Source: an uncultured delta proteobacterium
GTDB taxonomy: Bacteria; Myxococcota_A; UBA9160; UBA4427
Length of the DNA stretch: 64,000 nt
NCBI GenBank assembly: GCA_963822965.1
Contig: CAWGJT010000013.1
Location: forward strand, 64,001 to 128,000
Direction of reading: 5' to 3'
Shown: positions 48,617 to 57,669 of the stretch, one piece after another
How the letters are laid out: every line of letters begins with the position of its first letter
How positions within the stretch are numbered: the first letter of the stretch is position 1
The notes under the pieces: model-generated
Databases searched by the model: none
The model's input: only the letters and a program-made list of their open reading frames with translations
What the model was told of the DNA's origin: nothing
Position numbers and translations under genes: made by a program

Positions 48617-51600
48617 ATGGTCCGCGCGGTAGCCCTGCTCCTCACGGTTCTCACCGGCTTCAGCGGCCTCGTCTACGAGGTGGCGTGGCAGCGCTATCTC
48701 GCCACGCTGCTCGGCTCCGACAGCGAGGCCACGTCCGCAGTCCTCGGGATCTTCCTCGGCGGGCTCTCCGTGGGCTACTGGCTGTTCGGCCGGGTGACGA
48801 GGTCGGTGGTCGCGCGCGCCGAGCGCCAGGGGCGCCCGCCGCGGCTGCTGCTCGTCTACGGCCTGCTCGAGGGCAGCATCGGATGCTACGTCCTCGCCTT
48901 CCCCTGGCTGTTTCGGGGCGTCCAGCTGCTGTCGTACTCGATCCCCCACAGCACGGGCGGCCTGGGCTTCGCGCTGGACGTGTGCCTCTCGGCGCTGCTC
49001 ATCGGTCCCGCGTCGATCCTGATGGGCGGCACCATTCCGATGCTCACCCAGGCCCTCGCGCGCAGCCTCGACGACGCCACCCGCTTCCACGCCTTCGTCT
49101 ATGCGTTCAACACGGCGGGCGCGTTCGCGGGCGCGCTCGCGGCGGGCTTCTACCTCGTCCCCCGGCTCGGGCTCGAGAACGTGATGCTCGCCATGGGCTG
49201 CATCAACCTCGGCGCCGGCGCGCTCTTCGGCGTCGTGGGCTTCCGGCGGCGCGCGGTGATCGCGCTCAGCCAGGCCGGCCCGACGGACCCATCGGAGGGC
49301 GGGACACCCGGCATCGAGGGCTTCGGCTTCTACGCGACCATCGCGCTGCTGACCGGGTTCGCGATGATGACCATGCAGACGGTGGTGATCCGCCTCGGCG
49401 TGCTGTCGCTGGGCCCCTCCCAGGTGACGTTCTCGATGGTGGTCGCGGTCTTCGTGCTGGCGATCGCGCTGGGAAGCTTCGCGGTCTCGGCCTTCTCCCA
49501 CATTCCCACCTGGGTGATCGTGGCCAACCAGTGGGGCATCGCGCTCTTCTTCCTGCTCCTGTATCCGTGGGTCGAGGACTCGCCGTACGGGATGATGCTG
49601 ATCCGCACGATGTTCCAGGACAGCAACGGCGGCTTCTACGGCTTCTATCTCATGGCGCTGCTGGCGATCCTGGTGGTGATCGGCCCGGCGGTCCTGCTGT
49701 CCGGTGCGTCTCTTCCGCTGCTGTTCCACCACCTGCGGCGCCAGGTCGACCACCTGGGCGATCTGGCGGGCTACCTCTACAGCTGGAACACGGTGGGCTC
49801 GCTGCTGGGGGCCCTGCTCGGCGGCTACGCGCTGCTCTTCTGGCTGGATCTCCACCAGGTCTATCGAATCGCCATCGCCGCCCTGCTCATGGCCGCCGGT
49901 ATCCTCACGGTGCGCATCTACCGGCGCGCGGTCGCAGCCGGGCTCGCGCTCGTCCCCCTGCTCGCCGTCGTCACCCTGCTGCCCGCCTGGCGACCCGAGC
50001 TGCTCTACTCGGGTCTGTTCCGCAAGTCGGTCTACGACGCCTACGCGAAGGTGGCGGGCTACTACGTGGGGGCCGAGCGGTTCATCCTTCCGCATGGGGG
50101 CGCCAACTTCCACATCCTGTTCCACGCGGACGATCCCACGGCGAGCGTCGTCGCGCGCGAGAACAAGCTGCCCGACGGCCGCATCGACCGCTCCATCGCC
50201 AGCCAGGGAAAGAGCGACGCGGACACCCTGGGCGACTACGGGACGACGGGCCTGCTGGCCGCGCTGCCGGCCATCTTCGCCGACAAGGCGGAGCGGGCCT
50301 TCGTGATCGGCTGGGGGGTGGGGATCACGGCGGGGGAGCTGGGCACGTTCGACGGCATGAAGGAGGTGGACGTCGCCGAGATCACCCCGGGCATCCTCGA
50401 GGCGGCGCCGCTCTTCGACTTCGCCACCCAGGACGCGAGCCGCAACCCGAAGATCCACGTCATCCGGAGCGACGCCTACCGCGCCCTGATGCGCTCGGAG
50501 GGCACGTACGACGTGATCGTCTCGGCGCCGAGCCAGGCCTGGGTGGCGGGCGTGGAGATGCTCTTCACCCGGGAGTTCCTCGAGGCCACCCGCAAGCGCC
50601 TGAGCCCGGGAGGGGTGTACTGCCAGTTCATCCACCGCTACGAGATGGACGACGCATCGCTGGCGCTGGTGCTGCGCAGCTACGCCAGCGTCTACGAGCA
50701 CGTCGCCGTCTGGCAGGACGTGAACCAGTCGCTGCTGCTGCTCGGATTCGAGGACGCCCGTCGCGCGAACGACCTCGTGCGCTTCGTGCAACGCGCCGGT
50801 CGCCCGGACTTCACGGCCACCCTGCAGCGGGCGCACATCCCGAGCGTCTCGGCCCTGCTGGCCCACGAGCTGCTGCCGATGGACGTCGTCAACGCCCTGC
50901 ACCTGACCGGTCCGCTGCAGTCGCTCTATCACCCCCGGCTGAACGACCTGGCCGGCCGCGCGTTCTTCCGGGAAGACTACGCGGACCTGCCCTTCTCGGG
51001 CTACGGCGAGCCCGCACGCATCGGCGCACGCAACTCGCTGCTGCGGCGCTATGCGGCGCTCTTCACGGACGGGCTCCCGGACGAGGAGCGCGGCGCCCAG
51101 GTCGTCGAGGCGTGTCGGGCCCTCGGGCCGCCGTGCAACGCCCTCGTCGCCGAGTGGATGAGCGAGGAGCCGGCCCACCGCGAGACCCTCGAGCGCCTGA
51201 TCCGGTTCGTCGGAAAGCTCCCGGACGGCCTTCCGCGCGAGCGCCTGGAGGAGCTGGCGCACCTCTTCCGTGTGTCCCGGGCGCAGCTCCAGGACGTCAC
51301 CTCGGTCTCCGCGGCACGGGCCAGCGAGGACTTCGCAACGTACTACCATCACGCGGCGCCGTTCCCGCCGCAGACGCTGCACGACATCTGGTCGAGCTGT
51401 CGTGCGGGACGCCCCACGGAAGCGGCCTGTCGCGACTGGGTGAGCCAGCGCGCCGGCGCCCGGTCCGACGCGAGCTTCGAAGACCAGGTGCGCGAGTGCA
51501 TGACCTCGGCGTCCATCGGGAAGGCCTGCGAGAGCGGACTCCGTGCGGCCGAGAAGATGCTCCGCGAAGGCGTGGTACCGCGCCCGACCGGGCTCCCGGT

Positions 51601-51628
51601 CTTCGGTCGCCCCGAGGCGATGCGCTGA
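48617..51628 (+). CDS. Fused MFS-like membrane domain / spermidine synthase-like protein
   Basis: TGFSGLVYEVAW, LMGGTIP, YAFNTAG, YSWNTVG; SAM-fold VIGWGVGITAG, DVAEI, SDA, YDVIVS. Confidence 0.85.
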   Translation: MVRAVALLLTVLTGFSGLVYEVAWQRYLATLLGSDSEATSAVLGIFLGGLSVGYWLFGRVTRSVVARAERQGRPPRLLLVYGLLEGSIGCYVLAFPWLFRGVQLLSYSIPHSTGGLGFALDVCLSALLIGPASILMGGTIPMLTQALARSLDDATRFHAFVYAFNTAGAFAGALAAGFYLVPRLGLENVMLAMGCINLGAGALFGVVGFRRRAVIALSQAGPTDPSEGGTPGIEGFGFYATIALLTGFAMMTMQTVVIRLGVLSLGPSQVTFSMVVAVFVLAIALGSFAVSAFSHIPTWVIVANQWGIALFFLLLYPWVEDSPYGMMLIRTMFQDSNGGFYGFYLMALLAILVVIGPAVLLSGASLPLLFHHLRRQVDHLGDLAGYLYSWNTVGSLLGALLGGYALLFWLDLHQVYRIAIAALLMAAGILTVRIYRRAVAAGLALVPLLAVVTLLPAWRPELLYSGLFRKSVYDAYAKVAGYYVGAERFILPHGGANFHILFHADDPTASVVARENKLPDGRIDRSIASQGKSDADTLGDYGTTGLLAALPAIFADKAERAFVIGWGVGITAGELGTFDGMKEVDVAEITPGILEAAPLFDFATQDASRNPKIHVIRSDAYRALMRSEGTYDVIVSAPSQAWVAGVEMLFTREFLEATRKRLSPGGVYCQFIHRYEMDDASLALVLRSYASVYEHVAVWQDVNQSLLLLGFEDARRANDLVRFVQRAGRPDFTATLQRAHIPSVSALLAHELLPMDVVNALHLTGPLQSLYHPRLNDLAGRAFFREDYADLPFSGYGEPARIGARNSLLRRYAALFTDGLPDEERGAQVVEACRALGPPCNALVAEWMSEEPAHRETLERLIRFVGKLPDGLPRERLEELAHLFRVSRAQLQDVTSVSAARASEDFATYYHHAAPFPPQTLHDIWSSCRAGRPTEAACRDWVSQRAGARSDASFEDQVRECMTSASIGKACESGLRAAEKMLREGVVPRPTGLPVFGRPEAMR

Positions 51629-51647
51629 GCGCCGCGACGGCCCCGGA

Positions 51648-53192
51648 TCAGGGCGCGTAGCCCAGGGCCCGCAGCCGGGCGGCGTCCTCGGCATCGATCT
51701 GCACGGGTGCCTCGGGCCGGGCGCGCTCCACCGAGTAGCGCTTCTGCGCCACCTCCCGCAGCTCGGCGGCGACCTGCGGGTGGCTCGCCGATACGTCCGT
51801 GTGCTCTCCCGGATCGGTGGCGAGGTCGTAGAGGACGGAGGAGCCGCTGCGAGCCTCCAGCACGAGCTTGTAGCGGCCTCGGCGCACCGACCGGTAGACC
51901 GGATAGAACTCGCCGCCCGACATGTAGTCGCTCGAGATTCCGCCCGCCGCCTCCACGTACAGGAGCCGCTTCCGGAAGGGCTCGTCGTCCGCTCCACGCA
52001 GGAGCGGCGACAGGTCTCGCCCCTCCAGCGAGGCCGGCGCATCGACCCCGGTGCGGGCCAGGATCGTCGGCACGATGTCCACGCTGGAGACGGGTGCAGA
52101 GACCCGCAGCCCCGCCGGCACCCCGGGCCCGCGCAGCAGCAGCGGCACCCGGACGCACTCCTGGTAGGCGGTGATGGAGTGCTCGAAGCTGCCGTGTTCC
52201 GCGAACTCCTCGCCGTGGTCCGCAGTGACGACGAGCAGCGTCCGGTCGAGCAGGCCGCGCTCGCGAAGCCTTGCGAAGAGACGGCCCAGCTCCGTGTCGA
52301 GCTGCCGGATCTGGGCGTCGTAGAGCTCCTTCAGGCGCCGCACGTCCGCCGGGCCCAGGTGCAGCTTCTCGACGCTGTCGTCGATCTTGAAGGTGTCGCC
52401 GAAGGTGCAGCGCTCGGGATCGTAGTTCTGCTGGCAGGACTCGATGTAGGCCTCGGGCAGGGTCGCCTGGCGCAGCTGCCAGCCCGTCCCATCGACGATG
52501 CCGTCGTAGGGCGTGAGAAAGAGCTTCTCGTAGGCGTCTGCCGCCACGTAGTCGGTGTGCAGGTCGTAGTAGTGGGCGAAGATGAAGAGCGGGCGGTCCC
52601 CGATCTCGTCGACCCACTGCAGCATCTGGTCGGTCACCCAGGTGTTCGAAGAGCGCCGTGAGAGGCTGCTCTCCGCCCAGGCGTACTTCTCGAAGTCGCG
52701 TGTGAGACCGTAGTTCTCGCGCTTCAGCCACTCCACGTTCACGACGGCCGCCGTCTCCCAGCCCGCCTTCCCCAGGATGCTGGCGATCGTCGGGATCTCG
52801 TCCGGAAGCCGGGTGCGGAACGACAACACGCCGTCACTCAGCGGGAAGAGCCCGGTGAGCATCGAGGCGTGGGAGGGAAGCGTCCACGACGCCGTCGCGC
52901 TGGCGTCGTCGAAGACGGTGCCCTCGGCGGCGATCCCGTCCAGAACCGGGGACGTGAAGCGCTGGTAGCCGTAGAAGCCCAGATGGTCGGCGCGCAGGGT
53001 GTCGATCGAGATCAGCAGGACGAGCCGGGGACGCTCAACGGCGGCCAGCGCCGGCGCCTCGGCCGGAGCCGCCGTGGCGCTGGCGGTGGCTCCCTGCCCG
53101 CCCGGCTCCTGCGAGCAGGCGAGGAGGGCGAGCCCGAGAACGACGGCCGACCATGCGGCTCGCCTGGCACTGGCGAAGCGCTGCGTGGTCAC
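51648..53192 (-). CDS. Sulfatase-like hydrolase/transferase lipoprotein (paralog of 46937-48496)
   Basis: LLAC lipobox, SIDTLRADH, WTLPSHASMLTG, YDLH, ADHGEEF, RLRALGY. Confidence 0.88.
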   Translation of the reverse strand: MTTQRFASARRAAWSAVVLGLALLACSQEPGGQGATASATAAPAEAPALAAVERPRLVLLISIDTLRADHLGFYGYQRFTSPVLDGIAAEGTVFDDASATASWTLPSHASMLTGLFPLSDGVLSFRTRLPDEIPTIASILGKAGWETAAVVNVEWLKRENYGLTRDFEKYAWAESSLSRRSSNTWVTDQMLQWVDEIGDRPLFIFAHYYDLHTDYVAADAYEKLFLTPYDGIVDGTGWQLRQATLPEAYIESCQQNYDPERCTFGDTFKIDDSVEKLHLGPADVRRLKELYDAQIRQLDTELGRLFARLRERGLLDRTLLVVTADHGEEFAEHGSFEHSITAYQECVRVPLLLRGPGVPAGLRVSAPVSSVDIVPTILARTGVDAPASLEGRDLSPLLRGADDEPFRKRLLYVEAAGGISSDYMSGGEFYPVYRSVRRGRYKLVLEARSGSSVLYDLATDPGEHTDVSASHPQVAAELREVAQKRYSVERARPEAPVQIDAEDAARLRALGYAP

Positions 53193-53213
53193 CGTTCGAA
53201 TCTTGCCGCCTCT

Positions 53214-53240
53214 ACTTGCTTGACTTGCTTGACTTGCTTG
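53214..53240. repeat. 9-nt tandem repeat x3
   Basis: ACTTGCTTG three times, just upstream of the sulfatase-like gene. Confidence 0.85.
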
Positions 53241-53332
53241 CTCGCTTGCCCTCGCCGCCTCTGCGGTCCTAGCGCATCGACTGCGGGGGAGCAGGCCTGC
53301 CGGGAGGAGCCAAACGAGCTCTCTCCGCTCGC

Positions 53333-54046
53333 TCAGGCCCGACGGCGGATGCGATGGGCCAGGAAGGCGGTGGCGAGACAGGCGGTGATCGCAAGGCTGG
53401 CGACCGCCGGCTCGGGAACCGTGACCGCGATCGGACCGCTGATGGTGATTTCGCTGGGATCGAGGACCACGTTGTTGATGCGGAAGATACTGGTGGTGTT
53501 GGACACCGACAGCGTGAGGGTACCGCTGTCGTCGGCCACGAAGACCATCGAGCCGACCCAGACGTTGCTCCCGGTATCCGCACCGATCGAATCGACCGCC
53601 GGAGACGCCCAGTTGGCGTTCACCTGCCCCTTTCCCGCAGGCGGGGCGATCCAGAGCTTGAAGGGGTTCTGCAGCGGGTACAAACCGACCGGCGGCATGC
53701 CGGTCATGTAGAGGATGTACCCGGGAGCGCCGCCCGTCGTGCCGTACGCCTCCGGGGGAGCCGGGTAGATGATCGGCAGCGCGCCCGAAGCCGGTTCGTC
53801 GTAGGAGATCTCCGGATCGTCGAAGAAGACCGAGAACGAGATCAGCTGCGAGTTGAACTGATCGGCGTCGAGGAAGAAGTCCAGTACGACGCTGTCACCG
53901 GGGCTGAGACTACCCGGGTCGTTGGTGCCGGGTCGCACGGACATGGTGACCGCAAAGGCGCTTGCGCTGCTGGCCCCGAAAAGGGTGGCGCCGAAGAGGG
54001 TGGCCACGAGAGCCAGCACGGTTTTGTACGCGTTGAAGGACCGCAT
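53333..54046 (-). CDS. PEP-CTERM protein with cohesin-like beta-sandwich (paralog B)
   Basis: Signal ending ASA; TVPEPAVASLAITACLATAFLAHRIRRRA; long identical blocks with 39901-40593 (ALPIIYPAP, PGYILYM, LYPLQNP, SPAVDSIG, SGTLTLSVSNTTSI). Confidence 0.85.
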   Translation of the reverse strand: MRSFNAYKTVLALVATLFGATLFGASSASAFAVTMSVRPGTNDPGSLSPGDSVVLDFFLDADQFNSQLISFSVFFDDPEISYDEPASGALPIIYPAPPEAYGTTGGAPGYILYMTGMPPVGLYPLQNPFKLWIAPPAGKGQVNANWASPAVDSIGADTGSNVWVGSMVFVADDSGTLTLSVSNTTSIFRINNVVLDPSEITISGPIAVTVPEPAVASLAITACLATAFLAHRIRRRA

Positions 54047-54138
54047 TCGTTGCATCTCCCTGGGTCGAGATTCACGAGATTCAAGATTGGACGAGAGGCT
54101 GGACGAGGGACCCGAGGTCCGGAGCCCGGAAAGGAATC

Positions 54139-54393
54139 TCACTGGCCTCGCAGATCGAGGAAGGTCGAGACGTCGGAGAGCGAAATGCCGCCGTCGCCGT
54201 CGTAGTCCGCAGCCGCCACGAAGTCGGAATCACCGACGTGTGTCTGCTTGGTCGCCATGTCCATGATGATGGCCAGGTCGGCGTCGTCGCACACACCATC
54301 GCCGTTGAAGTCGCAGGTCTCGCCGGCCGCGAGGGCGGCGGGCGCCGCCAGCATGAACCCAGCCGCGACGAGGAACGCAAAAGAGCGCTTCAT
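54139..54393 (-). CDS. Stand-alone secreted dockerin-like protein (84 aa)
   Basis: RBS GGGGAG; signal ending ALA; two F-hand loops DFNGDGVCDDAD and AADYDGDGGISLSD, each followed by a helix. Confidence 0.82.
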   Translation of the reverse strand: MKRSFAFLVAAGFMLAAPAALAAGETCDFNGDGVCDDADLAIIMDMATKQTHVGDSDFVAAADYDGDGGISLSDVSTFLDLRGQ

Positions 54394-54620
54394 GTTCTAC
54401 TCCCCCAGAATTTTCCGCGGAATCCACCGCTCGAGGCGCGAAGCATACTACATCACGCTCCCGGCAGGAGCATCCGCGCACGGCCAGTCCGAGGCGGCGC
54501 GCCGGCCGCAAACGCCGATGGCAGGCTCTTGTCGAATCGAGGCTCCGTCGGAACCGGGAGCGGGCCCGTGGCGACCCAGGAGCGCGGGCCCCCAACCGCG
54601 GACCACAAGCAGAGCCAGAG

Positions 54621-54658
54621 CCAGACCCACAAGCACGAGCCAGACCCACGAGCACGAG
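54621..54658. repeat. 19-nt tandem repeat x2 in divergent intergenic region
   Basis: ccagacccacaagcacgag / ccagacccacgagcacgag, preceded by a degenerate partial copy. Confidence 0.7.
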
Positions 54659-54866
54659 AGAGGCGCTGGCCGGCCACCCCGACGAAGCGTGGCCTTTGGG
54701 CTACGCTTCGACGCCTTCCGGCGGGGCCGTCGATCGGGAGGGGTGGGGCGCGGGCCGGCGACCGGCGCGTATACTGCGGGGCCCCATGGGGTACGTACCC
54801 GGGGCTCCCCGGCCCGCCAGCGGCCGGGCCACGCCCATGGCCACCGTCACACGAGAGGTTCAACCG

Positions 54867-57395
54867 ATGCGCTTCCACCTCCCTTCCGGAAACACGCTCC
54901 GCGCCGGAAACACGCTCCGCGCCGGAAACACGCTCCGCGCCGGCGCCACACTGCTGCTCGCCTGCCTGCTGGCCGTGCCCGGCTGCCAGGACGACCAGGA
55001 GAAGGCCGCCGCCCTGCTCGCGAGTGGACGGGCCGCCGCCGAGGCCGGGCAGCAACCCGAGGCGATCATCGACTTCCGGAAGGCGCTCAAGATCGACCCG
55101 AACTCGGCAGAGGCGCACTACGCGCTCGGCCAGTCGTACGCCCAGCAGGGCCAGATTCGCGATGCGACGTGGGAGTTCTCCGAGGCGGCTCGCCTCGACC
55201 CCGAGAACTCGGACGCCCACCTGAAGCTGGGAGCCCTGAACCTCGTCGTGGGGGACTTCGATGCCACCTTGAAGGAGGCGGACCTCGTGATCGACCTGGC
55301 GCCCGACAATGCCGCCGCCTACGTGCTCCGCGGTCGGGCGCTCGACGGGCTCCAACGACCGGGGGAGGCCGAGACCGCCTACCTGAAGGCGGTGGCGCTG
55401 GAGCCCGAGGGCAGTGCCTACCTCTACGTGCTCGGCCAGCACTACGCGAACGTCGGGGAGCGCGACAAGGCCGAGCCCGTCATCGTGAAGATCACCGAGA
55501 TCGACCCGGGCTTCGACGCCTACACGAACCTGGGGCGATTCCTCGCCATGGACCCGTCCCGGGACGACAACGCGGAGGCGGCATTCCGAAAGGCCCTGGA
55601 AGCTGCCAAGGACCCGGAGCAGGTCGTGTCCGGCTACCAGAACCTCGCGAACTTCTACGCTTCGCGGGATCGATCGGAAGAGGCCGCCGCGATCCTCCAG
55701 GAAGGCTTCACGAAGCTCGCGGGCGAGCCCGACAGCCAGCTGCAGCTCACCCAGATGCTGGCCCAGACGCTCGAGCGCCTCGGCCGGAGCGACGAGGCCG
55801 CGAAGATGCTCGAGGCGGCGATCCAGAACGCCCCGGACGCGGTGGAGCCGCGCCTGATGCTGGCCCGCCAACGGCAGCGGCACGGCGACACCATCGGCGC
55901 CCTCGAAGCGGCCGAGGCCGCACTGAAGATCGATCCGACCAGCACCGAGACACGGCTCGCCAAGGCCGAGTACCTGATGGAACTCAGCACCGACAGCAAG
56001 AACGAGGCCCAGCTCGCCGAGGCGCGCAGCATCGTCGACGAGGTTCTCGCCGGGGAGCCCACCCAGCCGGAAGCCCTCTACCTGAAGGGCCGCATGGCGC
56101 TCGCCGAGCGGGACGCCGACGGAGCCATCCAGGCCTTCCGCGCCTCCCTCGACGCGCGACCCGACTCCTCCAGGGCCCACTACATGCTGGGCCGGGCCCT
56201 GGCGGCGTCCGGTGACACGCGGACGGCCCGCGCCGAGGTGGCCCGCGCCCTCGAGGTCGACCCGTCGATGACGCTCGCCCGCCGCCTGCTGATCCAGCTC
56301 CACGCCGCCCTCGGCGAGGACGAGTACGCGATCGATCAGGGTCGCATCTACCTGAACCACAACACGGACCCGCAGATCCGGCTGATCGTCGCGCAGAGCC
56401 TCGCCCACCTGGGGCGGGTCGACGAGGCGCTGGACGGCGTCGCCCAGATTCCCACGGACAAGCGCGACGCAGACGTGGCCTTCGCGCGGGCGCGGCTCCT
56501 GATCCAGGCCAACAAGCTCGAAGAGGCGCGCAGCGCGCTGCTCGCGGCGCTCGAGACGCGCCCGAACCATCCCGGAGTGCTGGCCACCCTGCTGCAGGTG
56601 GAGTCGCAGCTCGGAAAGGTCGAGCGCGCGGCCCCCCGCATCGACGCCGCCCTCGCCACCGACCCGAACGACGCCGAGCTCGTCCGGATCAAGGGCAGCT
56701 ACCTGGTCGCGACGGGGGACGTGAAGGGAGCCGAGCAGGCGTTCGCCCACGCCCTCGAGCTGGATCCCAAGAACGTCGGGGCCTTCCAGCAGCTGGCCCA
56801 GATCTATCAGCAGACGGGACGGATCGACGAAGCCATCCAGTCCTACCAGAAGGCCATCGAGCAGAATCCGCAAGTCGCCTCGTTGCATCATCTCCTGGCG
56901 GAGCTGTACGAGGCCCAGGGAAAGACGCAGCTCGCCCGTGAGGGCTACGAGAAGGCCATCGCGCTCGACGCCAACATGGCCCAGTCGAAGAACAACCTGG
57001 CCTACCTGCTGGCCGAGTCCGGCGAGAACCTCGACCGCGCCCTCGATCTCGCCCAGGAGGCGAAGGCCGCCCTGCCCGACAGCCCGGGCGCCGCGGACAC
57101 CCTGGGCTGGGTGCTCTACCGGCGCGGCATTCCCTCGGCGGCGGTGGGCTACCTGCGCGAAGCCGTCGCCGGGATGGAGGCCAACACCCAGCAGATGGCG
57201 ATCGTCCGACACCACCTGGCGTTGGCCTACGAGGCCAACGACCAGAAGCAGCTGGCGCTGGAGACCCTCGAGCAGTCGCTGCAGGATCTGGAGCAGAGCC
57301 AGGCGCGCGCGCGCGCGGACGGTCAGACACCCGCGGACCCCGAGTGGACCGCGTCCGCCCGCGAGATGCTGGCGCGACTGAAGGAAGCCGGGTGA
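54867..57395 (+). CDS. PEP-CTERM-system TPR-repeat lipoprotein (PrsT-like)
   Basis: Lipobox VPGC, TPRs along the whole length, C-terminal NNLAYLL...PDSPGAADTLGWVLY...RHHLALAY; exosortase and PEP-CTERM context. Confidence 0.82.
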   Translation: MRFHLPSGNTLRAGNTLRAGNTLRAGATLLLACLLAVPGCQDDQEKAAALLASGRAAAEAGQQPEAIIDFRKALKIDPNSAEAHYALGQSYAQQGQIRDATWEFSEAARLDPENSDAHLKLGALNLVVGDFDATLKEADLVIDLAPDNAAAYVLRGRALDGLQRPGEAETAYLKAVALEPEGSAYLYVLGQHYANVGERDKAEPVIVKITEIDPGFDAYTNLGRFLAMDPSRDDNAEAAFRKALEAAKDPEQVVSGYQNLANFYASRDRSEEAAAILQEGFTKLAGEPDSQLQLTQMLAQTLERLGRSDEAAKMLEAAIQNAPDAVEPRLMLARQRQRHGDTIGALEAAEAALKIDPTSTETRLAKAEYLMELSTDSKNEAQLAEARSIVDEVLAGEPTQPEALYLKGRMALAERDADGAIQAFRASLDARPDSSRAHYMLGRALAASGDTRTARAEVARALEVDPSMTLARRLLIQLHAALGEDEYAIDQGRIYLNHNTDPQIRLIVAQSLAHLGRVDEALDGVAQIPTDKRDADVAFARARLLIQANKLEEARSALLAALETRPNHPGVLATLLQVESQLGKVERAAPRIDAALATDPNDAELVRIKGSYLVATGDVKGAEQAFAHALELDPKNVGAFQQLAQIYQQTGRIDEAIQSYQKAIEQNPQVASLHHLLAELYEAQGKTQLAREGYEKAIALDANMAQSKNNLAYLLAESGENLDRALDLAQEAKAALPDSPGAADTLGWVLYRRGIPSAAVGYLREAVAGMEANTQQMAIVRHHLALAYEANDQKQLALETLEQSLQDLEQSQARARADGQTPADPEWTASAREMLARLKEAG
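54886..54939 (+). repeat. Perfect 18-nt tandem repeat x3 in signal-peptide n-region
   Basis: ccggaaacacgctccgcg x3 encoding (GNTLRA)3. Confidence 0.9.
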
Positions 57396-57404
57396 CCGCC
57401 AGGA

Positions 57405-57479
57405 GGCCGAAGCCGGTCGAGGCACGGGCGGCCGAAGCCGGGTGAGGTACGGGCGGCCGAAGCCGGGTGAGGCACCGGC
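57405..57479. repeat. 25-nt tandem repeat x3
   Basis: ggccgaagccggtcgaggcacgggc / ggccgaagccgggtgaggtacgggc / ggccgaagccgggtgaggcaccggc. Confidence 0.85.
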
Positions 57480-57669
57480 GACCGCGGCCGGAGCCTGACG
57501 GGCACGCGATCGGTCCCGACCGGAAGCTTCGCACGCCAAGTCCGCATCGTGCCGACTGTGTGGGTGCGCCGCAGGCCGCCCTGTCCCGTTTCGGGCGCCG
57601 CGGAATGGCCGACAGAGCCCGGACGGAGGGCGGCAGGGGACGCGCGGGCCCGGTAGAGTCCGGCCCCGC

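Noticed and set aside
54468..54487. Sigma-54 promoter for the minus-strand dockerin-cohesin pair
   Set aside because: TGGCCGTGCGCGGATGCT has GG-N12-GC spacing, not N10
57405..57479. Possible mini-CRISPR array
   Set aside because: Units are directly adjacent with no unique spacers, and there are no cas genes
57499..57515. Second sigma-54 promoter (GGGCACGCGATCGGT) before the third PEP-CTERM gene
   Set aside because: The -24 half matches but the invariant -12 GC is GT
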